Origin: Escherichia phage vB_EcoM_ECO78
Sequence record: PP526941.1
DNA: 64,000 bases
Reading direction: 5' to 3' (one strand)
The notes beneath the pieces were generated by a model. That model worked only from the letters and a program-made list of their open reading frames with translations. It was not told the origin of the DNA and ran no database searches. Positions 7,073-19,076 of this stretch are shown piece by piece (the first letter of the stretch is position 1; each line of letters opens with the position of its first letter). The position numbers were made by a program, and so were the translations under genes.

Positions 7073-7360
7073 TTACAAAAGATTTTTAGCAATAATCTTG
7101 AGATGTGCCGCAGAAATGTGTTTAGCTTTAAACAACGCAGTTTCTTCAGCAGGAGAGATAACGATTGTAGCACCATCCTTTTTAGCAGACCACCCATCAC
7201 CTAGGTAAACAGTACCTTTGATTTCTTCGCCATCAACCAAACTAATCATTGGTTTACCTTCTCGTCCTTTATTTGCTTTAATAACTTCAGAAGTAAGAGT
7301 AGCTTCAGTAATAGTAGAAACCGGGATAGTTGTAGAAGTAAATTCTTTGAAAGTTTTCAT
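7073..7360 (-). CDS. ipI: internal protein I (capsid-packaged, injected anti-restriction protein), 95 aa
   Basis: N-terminal CTS MKTFKEF...ITE; sequence and 95-aa length match T4 IPI as recalled; AGGAA RBS. Confidence 0.75.
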   Translation of the reverse strand: MKTFKEFTSTTIPVSTITEATLTSEVIKANKGREGKPMISLVDGEEIKGTVYLGDGWSAKKDGATIVISPAEETALFKAKHISAAHLKIIAKNLL

Positions 7361-7390
7361 TTTATTTTCCTAATTAATTTTGATGAGATA

Positions 7391-7419
7391 ATAGTATCAC
7401 TACCTCATCAGTATGTAAA
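7391..7419 (-). promoter_or_regulatory. early promoter (-35 GTTTACA, 17 bp, -10 TACTAT)
   Basis: Minus strand tttcacaaagttGTTTACA-17nt-TACTAT upstream of ipI; motif near-identical to 7025-7053. Confidence 0.55.
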
Positions 7420-7432
7420 CAACTTTGTGAAA

Positions 7433-8129
<697 letters not shown>

Positions 8130-8130
<1 letters not shown>

Positions 8131-8855
8131 TATAGTACCTTTAGTGTATTTTTAATTTTAGAAAAAAGTTCTTCAAGAGAACCATCGTTTGTAATTACTA
8201 AATCGCCATCACGAATTGGCAATCCAGCTTCTGTAATATGTGTATCATTGGATTTTTGACCAGGACGAACTACATGAATTACTGTAGCACCCATCGCCCT
8301 AGCCGCATCCATTTCATGATCTTGACGGGTATCAGGAACGATATAATAATCATAACCTGAGTTAAATTTATCAAGATAATCTAAAGCAAATAATTTTACC
8401 CAATACATGCGGTCGAAGTTATTAACAATCAAATCCGTACCTAGGGCTTGCATCAGACGACGGACTGACCATTGATCTTCAATATTATTTATAACGTCAG
8501 CAATCTTGTTAAATGCTACGAAAGTAACTGATTCTTTTCCTTCGTCATCAAAAACAAACACGCCTTTAATTGGGCTTTTACTATTAAGATAGCAAAATGC
8601 TTGTTCCATAATCGTAATTACTTCTAATTTAGTCAGATTTAAATTAGTCTCACGATCATAGTCAATTCCTTCAAACTCTCTACGAGTTAAGCAAGGATAA
8701 TCAGTGTTTGCTGCAAATACGCCCCATGCATAAGCCAATGCATCCTTAATAGGACCAGCAAGTTGGTATTTAATTGCAGAATAATTGCTCATGATAAAAT
8801 CGGCAGTAGTATCTTTTCCACTACGCTTTACACCGCTTAAAAAGATTAGTTTCAT
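8130..8855 (-). CDS. 1: deoxynucleoside monophosphate kinase (gp1), 241 aa
   Basis: MKLIFLSGVKRSGKDT P-loop N-terminus; GAGGAG RBS before the ATG at 8855 (track start at 8894 is an upstream extension). Confidence 0.9.
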
Positions 8856-8904
8856 GTGTTTCTCCTCAAATTTAATTAAGATTATAACACACAAAACTGA
8901 AGCA

Positions 8905-9435
8905 TTAAACTTCTGCTATAATTTTTCCATCTTTTTCTACTTGAAAATAGGTGTAAGGAATCGTTGCTGTACATACTAAAGCCGGGTCTGAATCTTCTGT
9001 ATAGCTAAATTCTACTTCAGACAGGTCAGAAACCCAAGGCTTATAAAAATTTATTGACATCACGATTTCAGTTTTGCTATTATCTAAGATGTAAAGCGTA
9101 ATGTACTCAGGACCTGTTTTTTGGGAAGTATTTTCACCTGTAAGATAGTTGCTAGTTCCTAGCATCCATTCATACATTCCTATCCACGACTTAAGTTCTT
9201 CATCAACTATAAATCTCACGATGAGTGGATCGTACTCAAATGTAGCACCTGGACGTTGTGCTCGGCCCAGTCCAAACGGCCCAGTCACGGTATCAGTAAC
9301 AGGTATTCTAATTCCTGGAATAGGAACTGACTGAGCATTTAAAGTAAAAGCAGATGTAGTATTACTATGTGGTATTGATACTACAAAGTTAGTTGTATTT
9401 GCTTGGTTAAAAATTTGTTGCAGAGCTTGCGACAT
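8905..9435 (-). CDS. 3: gp3, tail tube terminator/sheath stabiliser, 176 aa
   Basis: MSQALQQIFNQANTTNFVV...; ATG at 9433-9435 with GAGGA RBS; the track's 203-aa form starts at an upstream TTG. Confidence 0.8.
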   Translation of the reverse strand: MSQALQQIFNQANTTNFVVSIPHSNTTSAFTLNAQSVPIPGIRIPVTDTVTGPFGLGRAQRPGATFEYDPLIVRFIVDEELKSWIGMYEWMLGTSNYLTGENTSQKTGPEYITLYILDNSKTEIVMSINFYKPWVSDLSEVEFSYTEDSDPALVCTATIPYTYFQVEKDGKIIAEV

Positions 9436-9541
9436 ATATTCCTCATAATGCTTTATAACTGTTGGTGGTATAATGGGTCTAAGTCCCTTCCATTCAATTC
9501 CATTTAGAACAAACAACAGAAAAGAATGGAAGATAATAGAA

Positions 9542-10366
9542 TTAAATATTTGACCAGACTTTGTTTGCAGAGAAACGTTTTCCTTTTGAAACGAACTGCT
9601 GAAGTGGCATTAACACAACGTTCGCCCAGTCTTTCGGGGCGATTTCAACAAGGCTACCCATAATATTACCGGGTATATATGCCTTAATCATTTGGTCTGC
9701 ACCCCTAAATCCTTTCACTTGACTCCAATCAATTTTTAATTTCGTTTTATTAGTAATAGTAGGTGTATTTGAATATTGCTTTAAAAGCTCTTCTAGGAAT
9801 TGCTGACGAGCTTTAGGTGGAATATAGTGCAAGTTTAATCCGTACATTAAATTATGCTTACCTAAACCAAGGTAAATTATCAAAGGAAATTTATCCCAGT
9901 AAGGAAGAGTTTCCTTGTGTTTAGCATCATAAGCAAAAGCATATATTCGTCCCGGCTGCGGGCGAACAACTTTATGTCCTTTTACTTGCTTAATAGTTTC
10001 AGCAAACCACTTTCTAGTTTTATTATTAATTGCTGCGCCTTCATTACGAATTTTATCACGCAATGTTTGCCTGAATGAATTTATCATAAGCAGTTGTCTT
10101 TCTTGCTTATTGAGTTTATTCATTGGTTTTGATTCAAGCTTTTGAATCTTTTCAGCTGTTTTAATTCCTGAAGCATATTTTGACATTGCTGAAGTAAACG
10201 TAGAGTATTTTATTCCTCTTTCTTCAGCAAATTGCTTTCCTGTCATTCCTTTTGCTTTGGCCTTTTTATATTCAAGACCTATCTGAATCCATTTCTTTTC
10301 GTTTAATGATTGCTTAACCTTTGGAACTTGGGGAGTGCTTTCATTAATTATTTGAAAAATAGCCAT
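9542..10366 (-). CDS. 2: gp2, DNA end-protector protein, 274 aa
   Basis: Length and position (between 3 and 4) as in T4; basic protein; start overlaps the gene 4 stop. Confidence 0.85.
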   Translation of the reverse strand: MAIFQIINESTPQVPKVKQSLNEKKWIQIGLEYKKAKAKGMTGKQFAEERGIKYSTFTSAMSKYASGIKTAEKIQKLESKPMNKLNKQERQLLMINSFRQTLRDKIRNEGAAINNKTRKWFAETIKQVKGHKVVRPQPGRIYAFAYDAKHKETLPYWDKFPLIIYLGLGKHNLMYGLNLHYIPPKARQQFLEELLKQYSNTPTITNKTKLKIDWSQVKGFRGADQMIKAYIPGNIMGSLVEIAPKDWANVVLMPLQQFVSKGKRFSANKVWSNI

Positions 10367-10818
10367 TATGCCCCCTTAAAGCCAAGAGCTCGTAATCCAT
10401 CTTCTGTTAGAATTCTAAATTTTATTCCACGCTTTTCAGCTAAAGATTGTGCTGCTTTCCATTTGTCAGTATTAACAGAATATGTATAAATTTCATTCAT
10501 AAATCTTTTCTTCGCTGCGGTTGTTAGATGTGCTGGTTTAACTGGTGGTTGTGTTTCTTTTTTAGGTTTTATTTCAATGAAAAATTCTTGTCCAGAAGAA
10601 TCTTTCATCCAAATATCCATGAAGTATCTACGTTTTTTCCCTTCTGCATTACAAAAATAAGGAATTACTGCTGTTTCACTACCCCATGCAATAATTTCTG
10701 GATTTTTATCTAACCATTCAAAAAAGAATTTTTCCCAATTTGATCTATACGTAATTTTTTTAGGGTCACCTCTATATTTTGATATATTTTTAGGAACCCA
10801 TTTTCCAGAATATGCCAT
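10366..10818 (-). CDS. 4: gp4, head completion protein, 150 aa
   Basis: Length and synteny as in T4; divergent from gene 53 with late promoters between. Confidence 0.85.
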   Translation of the reverse strand: MAYSGKWVPKNISKYRGDPKKITYRSNWEKFFFEWLDKNPEIIAWGSETAVIPYFCNAEGKKRRYFMDIWMKDSSGQEFFIEIKPKKETQPPVKPAHLTTAAKKRFMNEIYTYSVNTDKWKAAQSLAEKRGIKFRILTEDGLRALGFKGA

Positions 10819-10829
10819 TGGATTCTCCT

Positions 10830-10837
10830 TATAAATA
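10830..10837 (+). promoter_or_regulatory. late promoter TATAAATA for gene 53
   Basis: Exact TATAAATA about 28 nt upstream of the ATG at 10866. Confidence 0.6.
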
Positions 10838-10844
10838 GATAATA

Positions 10845-10852
10845 TATTTATA
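10845..10852 (-). promoter_or_regulatory. late promoter TATAAATA (minus strand) for genes 4-2-3
   Basis: Exact TATAAATA on the minus strand upstream of the gene 4 ATG at 10818; divergent partner of 10830-10837. Confidence 0.55.
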
Positions 10853-10865
10853 AACAGGAGGGCCC

Positions 10866-11456
10866 ATGCTCTTTACATTTTTTGATCCGATTGAATATGC
10901 GGCCAAAACGGTGAATAAAAACGCGCCGACTATTCCTATGACAGATATTTTTAGAAACTATAAAGACTATTTCAAACGTGCTCTTGCGGGATACCGCTTA
11001 CGTACTTATTATATCAAAGGTTCACCACGCCCGGAAGAATTAGCAAATGCTATATATGGAAATCCGCAGTTGTATTGGGTTTTATTGATGTGTAATGATA
11101 ATTATGATCCATATTATGGATGGATTACTTCACAAGAAGCAGCTTATCAAGCATCTATACAAAAATACAAAAATGTAGGTGGAGACCAAATAGTATATCA
11201 CGTGAATGAGAATGGTGAAAAATTTTATAATTTAGTATCATACGATGATAATCCACATGTTTGGTATGACAAAGGCGATAAAGCTAGAAAATATCCTCAA
11301 TATGAAGGAGCACTTGCTGCTGTCGATACGTATGAAGCGGCTGTTCTTGAAAATGAAAAACTTCGTCAAATAAAAATAATAGCAAAATCAGACATCAATT
11401 CATTTATGAACGACCTTATACGTATAATGGAGAAATCTTATGGAAATGATAAGTAA
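10866..11456 (+). CDS. 53: gp53, baseplate wedge protein, 196 aa
   Basis: Length and synteny as in T4; late promoter upstream. Confidence 0.9.
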   Translation: MLFTFFDPIEYAAKTVNKNAPTIPMTDIFRNYKDYFKRALAGYRLRTYYIKGSPRPEELANAIYGNPQLYWVLLMCNDNYDPYYGWITSQEAAYQASIQKYKNVGGDQIVYHVNENGEKFYNLVSYDDNPHVWYDKGDKARKYPQYEGALAAVDTYEAAVLENEKLRQIKIIAKSDINSFMNDLIRIMEKSYGNDK

Positions 11457-13167
11457 TAACCTTAATTGGTTTGTTGGTGTTGTTGAAGATAGAATGGACC
11501 CATTAAAATTAGGTCGTGTTCGTGTTCGTGTGGTTGGTCTGCATCCACCACAAAGAGCACAAGGTGATGTAATGGGTATTCCAACCGATAAATTACCATG
11601 GATGTCAGTTATTCAACCTATAACTTCTGCAGCAATGTCTGGAATTGGAGGTTCTGTTACTGGACCGGTAGAAGGAACTAGAGTTTATGGTCATTTTTTA
11701 GACAAATGGAAAACTAACGGAATTGTCCTTGGCACGTATGGCGGGATAGTTCGCGAAAAACCTAATAGACTTGAAGGATTTTCTGACCCAACTGGACAGT
11801 ATCCTAGACGTCTAGGAAATGATACTAACGTATTAAACCAAGGCGGAGAAGTAGGATATGATTCGTCTTCTAATATTATCCAAGATAGTAATCTAGACAC
11901 TGCGATAAATCCCGATGATAGACCGCTATCAGAGATTCCAACTGATGATAATCCAAATATGTCAATGGCTGAAATGCTTCGCCGTGATGAAGGATTAAGA
12001 CTAAAAGTTTATTGGGATACAGAAGGATATCCGACAATTGGTATTGGTCATCTTATCATGAAGCAGCCAGTTCGTGATATGGCTCAAATTAATAAAGTTT
12101 TATCAAAACAGGTTGGTCGTGAAATTACCGGAAATCCAGGTTCTATTACAATGGAAGAAGCGGTAACTTTATTTGAACGTGATTTAGCTGATATGCAACG
12201 TGACATTAAATCACATTCTAAAGTTGGCCCAGTCTGGCAGGCAGTTAATCGTTCTCGTCAAATGGCATTAGAAAATATGGCATTTCAGATGGGTGTTGGC
12301 GGTGTAGCTAAATTTAACACAATGTTAACTGCTATGTTAGCTGGAGATTGGGAAAAAGCATATAAAGCCGGTCGTGATTCATTGTGGTATCAACAAACAA
12401 AAGGCCGTGCATCCCGTGTTACCATGATTATTCTTACGGGAAATTTGGAATCATATGGTGTTGAAGTGAAAACCCCAGCTAGGTCTTTATCAGCAATGGC
12501 TGCTACTGTAGCTAAATCTTCTGACCCTGCTGACCCTCCTATTCCAAATGACTCGAGAATTTTATTTAAAGAGCCAGTTTCTTCATATAAAGGTGAATAT
12601 CCTTATGTGCATACAATGGAAACTGAAAGCGGACATATCCAAGAATTTGATGATACCCCTGGGCAAGAACGATATAGATTAGTTCATCCAACTGGAACTT
12701 ATGAAGAAGTATCACCGTCAGGAAGAAGAACAAGAAAAACTGTTGATAATTTGTATGATATAACCAACGCTGATGGTAATTTTTTGGTAGCCGGTGATAA
12801 AAAGACTAACGTCGGTGGATCAGAAATTTATTACAACATGGATAATCGTCTTCACCAAATAGATGGAAGCAATACAATATTTGTACGTGGCGATGAAACT
12901 AAGACGGTTGAAGGTAATGGAACTATCCTAGTTAAAGGTAATGTTACTATTGTAGTTGAAGGTAATGCTGACATTACAGTTAAAGGAGATGCTACCACTT
13001 TAGTTGAAGGAAATCAAACTAACACAGTAAATGGAAATCTTTCTTGGAAAGTTGCTGGGACAGTTGATTGGGACGTTGGTGGTGATTGGACAGAAAAAAT
13101 GGCATCTATGAGTTCTATTTCATCTGGTCAATACACAATTGATGGATCGAGGATTGACATTGGCTAA
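11440..13167 (+). CDS. 5: gp5, baseplate hub subunit and tail lysozyme, 575 aa
   Basis: MEMISNNLNWFVGVVED... OB-fold N-terminus, central lysozyme domain, C-terminal beta-helix repeats (VEGN...TVKG...). Confidence 0.95.
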   Translation: MEMISNNLNWFVGVVEDRMDPLKLGRVRVRVVGLHPPQRAQGDVMGIPTDKLPWMSVIQPITSAAMSGIGGSVTGPVEGTRVYGHFLDKWKTNGIVLGTYGGIVREKPNRLEGFSDPTGQYPRRLGNDTNVLNQGGEVGYDSSSNIIQDSNLDTAINPDDRPLSEIPTDDNPNMSMAEMLRRDEGLRLKVYWDTEGYPTIGIGHLIMKQPVRDMAQINKVLSKQVGREITGNPGSITMEEAVTLFERDLADMQRDIKSHSKVGPVWQAVNRSRQMALENMAFQMGVGGVAKFNTMLTAMLAGDWEKAYKAGRDSLWYQQTKGRASRVTMIILTGNLESYGVEVKTPARSLSAMAATVAKSSDPADPPIPNDSRILFKEPVSSYKGEYPYVHTMETESGHIQEFDDTPGQERYRLVHPTGTYEEVSPSGRRTRKTVDNLYDITNADGNFLVAGDKKTNVGGSEIYYNMDNRLHQIDGSNTIFVRGDETKTVEGNGTILVKGNVTIVVEGNADITVKGDATTLVEGNQTNTVNGNLSWKVAGTVDWDVGGDWTEKMASMSSISSGQYTIDGSRIDIG

Positions 13168-13696
13168 TATACTTCCAATGAGCGCTGATTTAGGAGAATC
13201 CATGGAAGGTTCTTCTATCGACGTCACCTTTACCGCTCAATTAGAAACAGGTGAAACGTTAGTATCTATAAATATAACTAGTTACGAAGAAACTCCTGGG
13301 GTTTTAGTAGAAGAAAATCGCTTATATGGAACATATGAATCTGTATTTGGTTTTGGAAATGACGCGTTGAAATATCGTTTAGGCGATGAATTTAAAACTG
13401 CTGCTTCATGGGAAGAACTTCCTACTGATTCTGACACTCAGTTGTATTTGTGGAAAGCTCCTCAGAATCTCCAGAAGACATTCACTTACGAAGTAACATT
13501 AATATATGACTACCAAGAACAAAGTGAATCTGGAGGTTCTGGCAGTAATTCTAGATCATCTTCTGATACTACTGAACCAACGGATCCTCCTGCTCCAGTA
13601 AGAAAAACTCTCGTTAAAAATTATACTAAAACTATAGTTGGAAATTGGAGCCGTTGGGCTAATAAATTGAGAAGCTATGTGTATGAGAGGCCATAA
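13142..13696 (+). CDS. 5.1: gp5.1-like hypothetical protein (start uncertain)
   Basis: ORF overlapping the gene 5 end; track start is TTG at 13139; first ATG at 13142 has a weak RBS. Confidence 0.45.
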
Positions 13697-13990
13697 ATGT
13701 CAGGATTAAGTTATGATAAGTGTGTTACTGCTGGCCATGAAGCGTGGCCTCCAACAGTTGTGAATGCTACACAAAGTAAAGTATTCACTGGAGGAATTGC
13801 TGTTCTCGTAGCAGGCGATCCAATTACAGAACACACAGAAATTAAAAAGCCATATGAAACACATGGCGGAGTGACACAACCTAGAACTTCTAAGGTATAT
13901 GTCACTGGAAAGAAAGCTGTTCAAATGGCTGATCCAATATCATGCGGTGATACTGTGGCTCAGGCATCATCTAAAGTATTCATTAAATAG
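13697..13990 (+). CDS. 5.4: gp5.4, PAAR-repeat spike-tip protein, 97 aa
   Basis: Small Gly-rich protein with PAAR-like segments ([14 protein letters not shown]..., GDTVAQ) directly after 5/5.1. Confidence 0.8.
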
Positions 13991-13998
13991 GATTTAAA

Positions 13999-15981
13999 AT
14001 GGCAAATACCCCTGTAAATTATCAATTAACAAGAACAGCAAATGCTATTCCCGAGATATTCGTCGGGGGTACGTTTGCTGAAATAAAACAAAACCTCATT
14101 GAATGGCTTAATGGCCAAAATGAATTTTTGGATTATGATTTTGAAGGCTCAAGATTAAACGTTCTGTGTGACCTTTTGGCTTATAATACGCTGTACATTC
14201 AGCAGTTTGGTAATGCTGCTGTATATGAAAGCTTTATGCGTACTGCTAACTTACGAAGTTCAGTTGTTCAAGCTGCACAAGATAACGGATATTTACCTAC
14301 TTCAAAATCAGCTGCTCAAACTGAAATTATGCTAACTTGTACAGACGCATTGAATAGAAATTACATTACAATTCCTCGCGGAACTCGCTTTTTAGCATAT
14401 GCAAAAGATACTTCTGTTAATCCATATAACTTCGTTTCTACCGAAGACGTTATTGCTATTCGTGATAAAAATAACCAATATTTTCCACGTTTAAAATTGG
14501 CCCAGGGACGTATAGTAAGAACTGAAATCATTTATGATAAATTAACACCTATTATCATTTATGATAAAAATATTGATAGAAACCAGGTTAAATTATATGT
14601 TGATGGAGCGGAATGGATTAACTGGACGAGAAAGTCAATGGTTCATGCTGGTTCTACATCAACAATTTATTATATGCGTGAAACTATTGATGGAAACACT
14701 GAATTCTATTTTGGCGAAGGTGAAATTTCTGTTAATGCTTCTGAAGGAGCTTTGACTGCTAATTATATTGGAGGTCTTAAACCTACTCAGAACTCTACGA
14801 TTGTCATTGAGTACATCAGTACTAATGGTGCTGAAGCGAACGGCGCAGTCGGATTTTCATACGCAGATACATTAACAAATATAACTGTCATCAATATTAA
14901 TGAAAATCCAAACGATGACCCAGATTTTGTTGGGGCAGATGGAGGCGGTGATCCAGAAGATATTGAGCGTATCCGCGAATTGGGTACTATTAAACGCGAA
15001 ACTCAGCAACGATGCGTAACTGCAACTGACTATGATACATTCGTTTCAGAGAGATTTGGTTCTATTATTCAAGCTGTTCAGACTTTCACTGATTCTACTA
15101 AACCTGGTTATGCATTTATTGCTGCTAAACCTAAATCAGGCCTGTATTTAACTACCGTACAGCGTGAAGATATTAAAAATTATCTCAAAGACTATAATTT
15201 AGCTCCTATTACGCCATCAATTATTTCTCCTAATTATCTTTTTATTAAGACTAATTTAAAAGTCACATATGCTTTAAATAAACTGCAAGAATCCGAGCAG
15301 TGGCTTGAAGGTCAAATAATTGATAAAATTGATCGCTATTATACCGAAGATGTAGAAATTTTTAACTCGTCTTTTGCCAAGTCTAAGATGTTAACTTATG
15401 TAGATGATGCAGACCATTCTATCATTGGTTCATCAGCGACAATTCAAATTGTTCGTGAAGTACAAAACTTCTATAAAACACCTGAAGCAGGTATTAAATA
15501 CAATAATCAAATAAAAGATCGTTCTATGGAATCTAATACGTTTTCATTTAATTCTGGACGAAAGGTTGTAAATCCTGATACTGGTTTAGAAGAAGATGTA
15601 TTATATGACGTTCGTATAGTATCAACAGACCGAGATTCTAAAGGAATTGGTAAAGTTATTATTGGTCCATTTGCTTCTGGCGATGTTACAGAAAATGAAA
15701 ACATTCAGCCGTATACAGGCAACGATTTTAACAAATTAGCAAATTCTGATGGACGCGACAAATACTATGTTATCGGTGAAATAAATTATCCAGCTGATGT
15801 GATTTATTGGAATATCGCTAAAATTAATTTAACATCTGAAAAATTTGAGGTTCAGACTATTGAATTATATTCTGACCCAACCGATGATGTTATCTTTACT
15901 CGCGATGGTTCACTGATTGTATTTGAAAATGACTTACGTCCACAATACTTAACTATCGATTTGGAGCCTATATCACAATGA
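13999..15981 (+). CDS. 6: gp6, baseplate wedge protein, 660 aa
   Basis: Length and synteny as in T4. Confidence 0.93.
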   Translation: MANTPVNYQLTRTANAIPEIFVGGTFAEIKQNLIEWLNGQNEFLDYDFEGSRLNVLCDLLAYNTLYIQQFGNAAVYESFMRTANLRSSVVQAAQDNGYLPTSKSAAQTEIMLTCTDALNRNYITIPRGTRFLAYAKDTSVNPYNFVSTEDVIAIRDKNNQYFPRLKLAQGRIVRTEIIYDKLTPIIIYDKNIDRNQVKLYVDGAEWINWTRKSMVHAGSTSTIYYMRETIDGNTEFYFGEGEISVNASEGALTANYIGGLKPTQNSTIVIEYISTNGAEANGAVGFSYADTLTNITVININENPNDDPDFVGADGGGDPEDIERIRELGTIKRETQQRCVTATDYDTFVSERFGSIIQAVQTFTDSTKPGYAFIAAKPKSGLYLTTVQREDIKNYLKDYNLAPITPSIISPNYLFIKTNLKVTYALNKLQESEQWLEGQIIDKIDRYYTEDVEIFNSSFAKSKMLTYVDDADHSIIGSSATIQIVREVQNFYKTPEAGIKYNNQIKDRSMESNTFSFNSGRKVVNPDTGLEEDVLYDVRIVSTDRDSKGIGKVIIGPFASGDVTENENIQPYTGNDFNKLANSDGRDKYYVIGEINYPADVIYWNIAKINLTSEKFEVQTIELYSDPTDDVIFTRDGSLIVFENDLRPQYLTIDLEPISQ

Positions 15982-18900
15982 CAGTAAAAGCACCTTCAGT
16001 CACTAGTCTCAGAATTTCCAAGTTATCCGCAAATCAGGTGCAAGTACGCTGGGATGACGTTGGTGCTAATTTCTACTATTTTGTAGAAATCGCTGAGACA
16101 AAAACAGACTCGGGGGAAAATCTCCCGAGCGATCAATATCGTTGGATTAATTTAGGATATACAGCAAACAATAGTTTCTTTTTTGATGATGCTGATCCAC
16201 TAACATCATACATCATTAGAGTAGCTACAGCTGCACAAGATTTTGAGCAATCTGATTGGGTTTATACAGAAGAGTTTGAAACTTTTGCTACGAATGCTTA
16301 CACATTTCAAAACATGATTGAAATGCAATTAGCCAATAAATTCATTCAGGAAAAATTTACTCTTAATAATTCTGATTATGTTAATTTTAATAATGATACT
16401 ATAATGGCTGCATTGATGAATGAATCATTTCAATTCAGCCCATCATATGTTGATGTTTCATCAATCAGTAATTTTATTATTGGTGAAAATGAGTATCATG
16501 AAATACAAGGTTCTATTCAACAAGTATGTAAGGATATTAACCGAGTTTATTTGATGGAATCAGAAGGGATTCTATATCTTTTTGAGCGTTATCAACCTGT
16601 AGTTAAAGTATCCAATGATAAAGGACAAACTTGGAAAGCTGTAAAGCTCTTCAATGACCGTGTAGGATATCCTTTATCTAAGACAGTATATTACCAATCT
16701 GCGAACACAACATACGTTCTAGGATACGACAAGATTTTCTACGGCCGCAAATCTACTGATGTTAGATGGTCAGCCGATGATGTCAGATTTAGTTCTCAGG
16801 ATATAACATTTGCTAAACTTGGCGACCAATTACATTTAGGATTTGATGTAGAAATTTTTGCCACTTACGCGACTTTACCAGCGAATGTATATCGCATTGC
16901 AGAAGCTATTACTTGCACCGATGATTACATTTACGTTGTCGCCAGAGACAAAGTTAGATACATAAAAACGAGTAATGCACCTATAGATTCTGATCCATTA
17001 TCTCCAACATATTCGGAAAGACTTTTTGAACCTGATACAATGACTATAACCGGAAATCCTAAAGCAGTATGCTATAAAATGGATTCTATCGGTGATAAAG
17101 TTTTTGCTCTTATTATTGGTGAAGTTGAAACATTAAATGCTAATCCTAGAACATCAAAAATAATTGATTCTGCTGATAAAGGAATATATGTTTTAAATCA
17201 TGACGAAAAGACGTGGAAAAGAGTTTTTGGTAATACCGAAGAAGAAAGAAGACGTATTCAACCCGGATATGCGAATATGTCAACTGACGGTAAATTAGTT
17301 TCTCTGTCTTCGAGTAATTTTAAATTTTTAAGCGATAATGTTGTTAATGACCCTGAAACTGCAGCAAAATATCAGTTAATTGGCGCTGTTAAATATGAAT
17401 TTCCTCGTGAATGGTTAGCTGATAAGCATTATCATATGATGGCATTTATAGCGGATGAAACATCTGATTGGGAGACTTTTACTCCTCAACCAATGAAATA
17501 CTACGCAGAACCATTCTTTAACTGGTCTAAAAAATCTAACACACGTTGTTGGATAAACAACTCTGATAGAGCTGTAGTAGTTTATGCTGATTTAAAATAC
17601 ACCAAAGTTATAGAAAATATTCCGGAAACATCACCAGATAGATTAGTTCATGAATACTGGGATGATGGTGATTGCACTATAGTAATGCCAAATGTCAAAT
17701 TCACTGGATTTAAAAAATACGCATCAGGAATGCTTTTCTACAAAGCCTCCGGTGAAATAATTTCTTACTATGATTTTAACTATCGTGTGAGAGATACAGT
17801 AGAAATTATTTGGAAACCTACTGAAGTATTTTTAAAAGCATTTTTACAAAACCAAGAGCATGAGACTCCTTGGTCACCAGAAGAAGAGCGTGGACTAGCT
17901 GACCCTGATTTAAGACCATTAATTGGCACAATGATGCCTGATTCTTATTTGTTACAGGATTCAAATTTTGAGGCATTTTGCGAAGCATATATTCAATATC
18001 TTTCTGATGGATACGGAACTCAATATAATAATTTACGGAATCTTATTCGTAATCAGTATCCACGAGAAGAGCATGCATGGGAATATTTGTGGTCAGAGAT
18101 ATATAAAAGAAACATTTATTTAAATGCTGATAAACGTGATGCTGTTGCGAGATTCTTTGAATCACGTAGCTATGATTTTTATTCTACTAAAGGAATTGAA
18201 GCATCATACAAGTTTCTTTTTAAAGTTCTTTATAATGAAGAAGTTGAAATTGAAATTGAATCTGGGGCTGGTACTGAATATGATATAATCGTTCAATCTG
18301 ATTCTTTGACTGAAGATTTAGTAGGACAAACGATTTATACGGCAACAGGAAGATGTAATGTTACTTATATAGAAAGAAGCTATTCTAATGGTAAATTGCA
18401 ATGGACCGTAACTATTCATAATCTTTTAGGACGATTAATTGCTGGTCAAGAAGTTAAAGCAGAAAGACTCCCTAGTTTTGAAGGCGAAATTATTCGTGGG
18501 GTTAAAGGAAAGGATTTGCTTCAAAACAATATAGACTATATTAATAGAAGTAGATCATACTATGTAATGAAAATTAAATCCAATTTACCTTCTTCTCGTT
18601 GGAAATCTGACGTTATTCGTTTTGTTCATCCAGTAGGATTTGGATTTATAGCAATTACACTTTTAACAATGTTTATTAATGTTGGTTTAACTCTTAAACA
18701 TACAGAGACTATAATTAATAAATACAAAAACTATAAATGGGATTCTGGATTGCCTACTGAATATGCTGATAGAGTAGCTAAATTAACTCCAACCGGCGAA
18801 ATTGAGCATGACTCAGTAACAGGCGAAGCAATTTATGAGCCTGGCCCAATGGCTGGTGTAAAATATCCTCTTCCTGATGACTATAATGCTGAAAATAATA

Positions 18901-19076
18901 ATTCAATATTTCAAGGTCAATTGCCGTCTGAACGACGTAAATTAATGAGTCCTTTATTTGATGCATCTGGAACAACATTTGCACAATTTAGGGATTTAGT
19001 TAATAAACGTCTAAAAGACAATATAGGAAATCCAAGAGACCCTGAAAATCCAACACAGGTTAAAATAGATGAATGA
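15978..19076 (+). CDS. 7: gp7, baseplate wedge initiator, 1032 aa
   Basis: Length and synteny as in T4; overlaps the gene 6 stop. Confidence 0.93.
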   Translation: MTVKAPSVTSLRISKLSANQVQVRWDDVGANFYYFVEIAETKTDSGENLPSDQYRWINLGYTANNSFFFDDADPLTSYIIRVATAAQDFEQSDWVYTEEFETFATNAYTFQNMIEMQLANKFIQEKFTLNNSDYVNFNNDTIMAALMNESFQFSPSYVDVSSISNFIIGENEYHEIQGSIQQVCKDINRVYLMESEGILYLFERYQPVVKVSNDKGQTWKAVKLFNDRVGYPLSKTVYYQSANTTYVLGYDKIFYGRKSTDVRWSADDVRFSSQDITFAKLGDQLHLGFDVEIFATYATLPANVYRIAEAITCTDDYIYVVARDKVRYIKTSNAPIDSDPLSPTYSERLFEPDTMTITGNPKAVCYKMDSIGDKVFALIIGEVETLNANPRTSKIIDSADKGIYVLNHDEKTWKRVFGNTEEERRRIQPGYANMSTDGKLVSLSSSNFKFLSDNVVNDPETAAKYQLIGAVKYEFPREWLADKHYHMMAFIADETSDWETFTPQPMKYYAEPFFNWSKKSNTRCWINNSDRAVVVYADLKYTKVIENIPETSPDRLVHEYWDDGDCTIVMPNVKFTGFKKYASGMLFYKASGEIISYYDFNYRVRDTVEIIWKPTEVFLKAFLQNQEHETPWSPEEERGLADPDLRPLIGTMMPDSYLLQDSNFEAFCEAYIQYLSDGYGTQYNNLRNLIRNQYPREEHAWEYLWSEIYKRNIYLNADKRDAVARFFESRSYDFYSTKGIEASYKFLFKVLYNEEVEIEIESGAGTEYDIIVQSDSLTEDLVGQTIYTATGRCNVTYIERSYSNGKLQWTVTIHNLLGRLIAGQEVKAERLPSFEGEIIRGVKGKDLLQNNIDYINRSRSYYVMKIKSNLPSSRWKSDVIRFVHPVGFGFIAITLLTMFINVGLTLKHTETIINKYKNYKWDSGLPTEYADRVAKLTPTGEIEHDSVTGEAIYEPGPMAGVKYPLPDDYNAENNNSIFQGQLPSERRKLMSPLFDASGTTFAQFRDLVNKRLKDNIGNPRDPENPTQVKIDE

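Noticed and set aside
6797-7204. Plus-strand ORF (135 aa) spanning the small membrane gene, promoter and ipI 3' end
   Set aside because: It crosses an intergenic promoter region and two better-supported minus-strand genes and begins with a non-ATG start.
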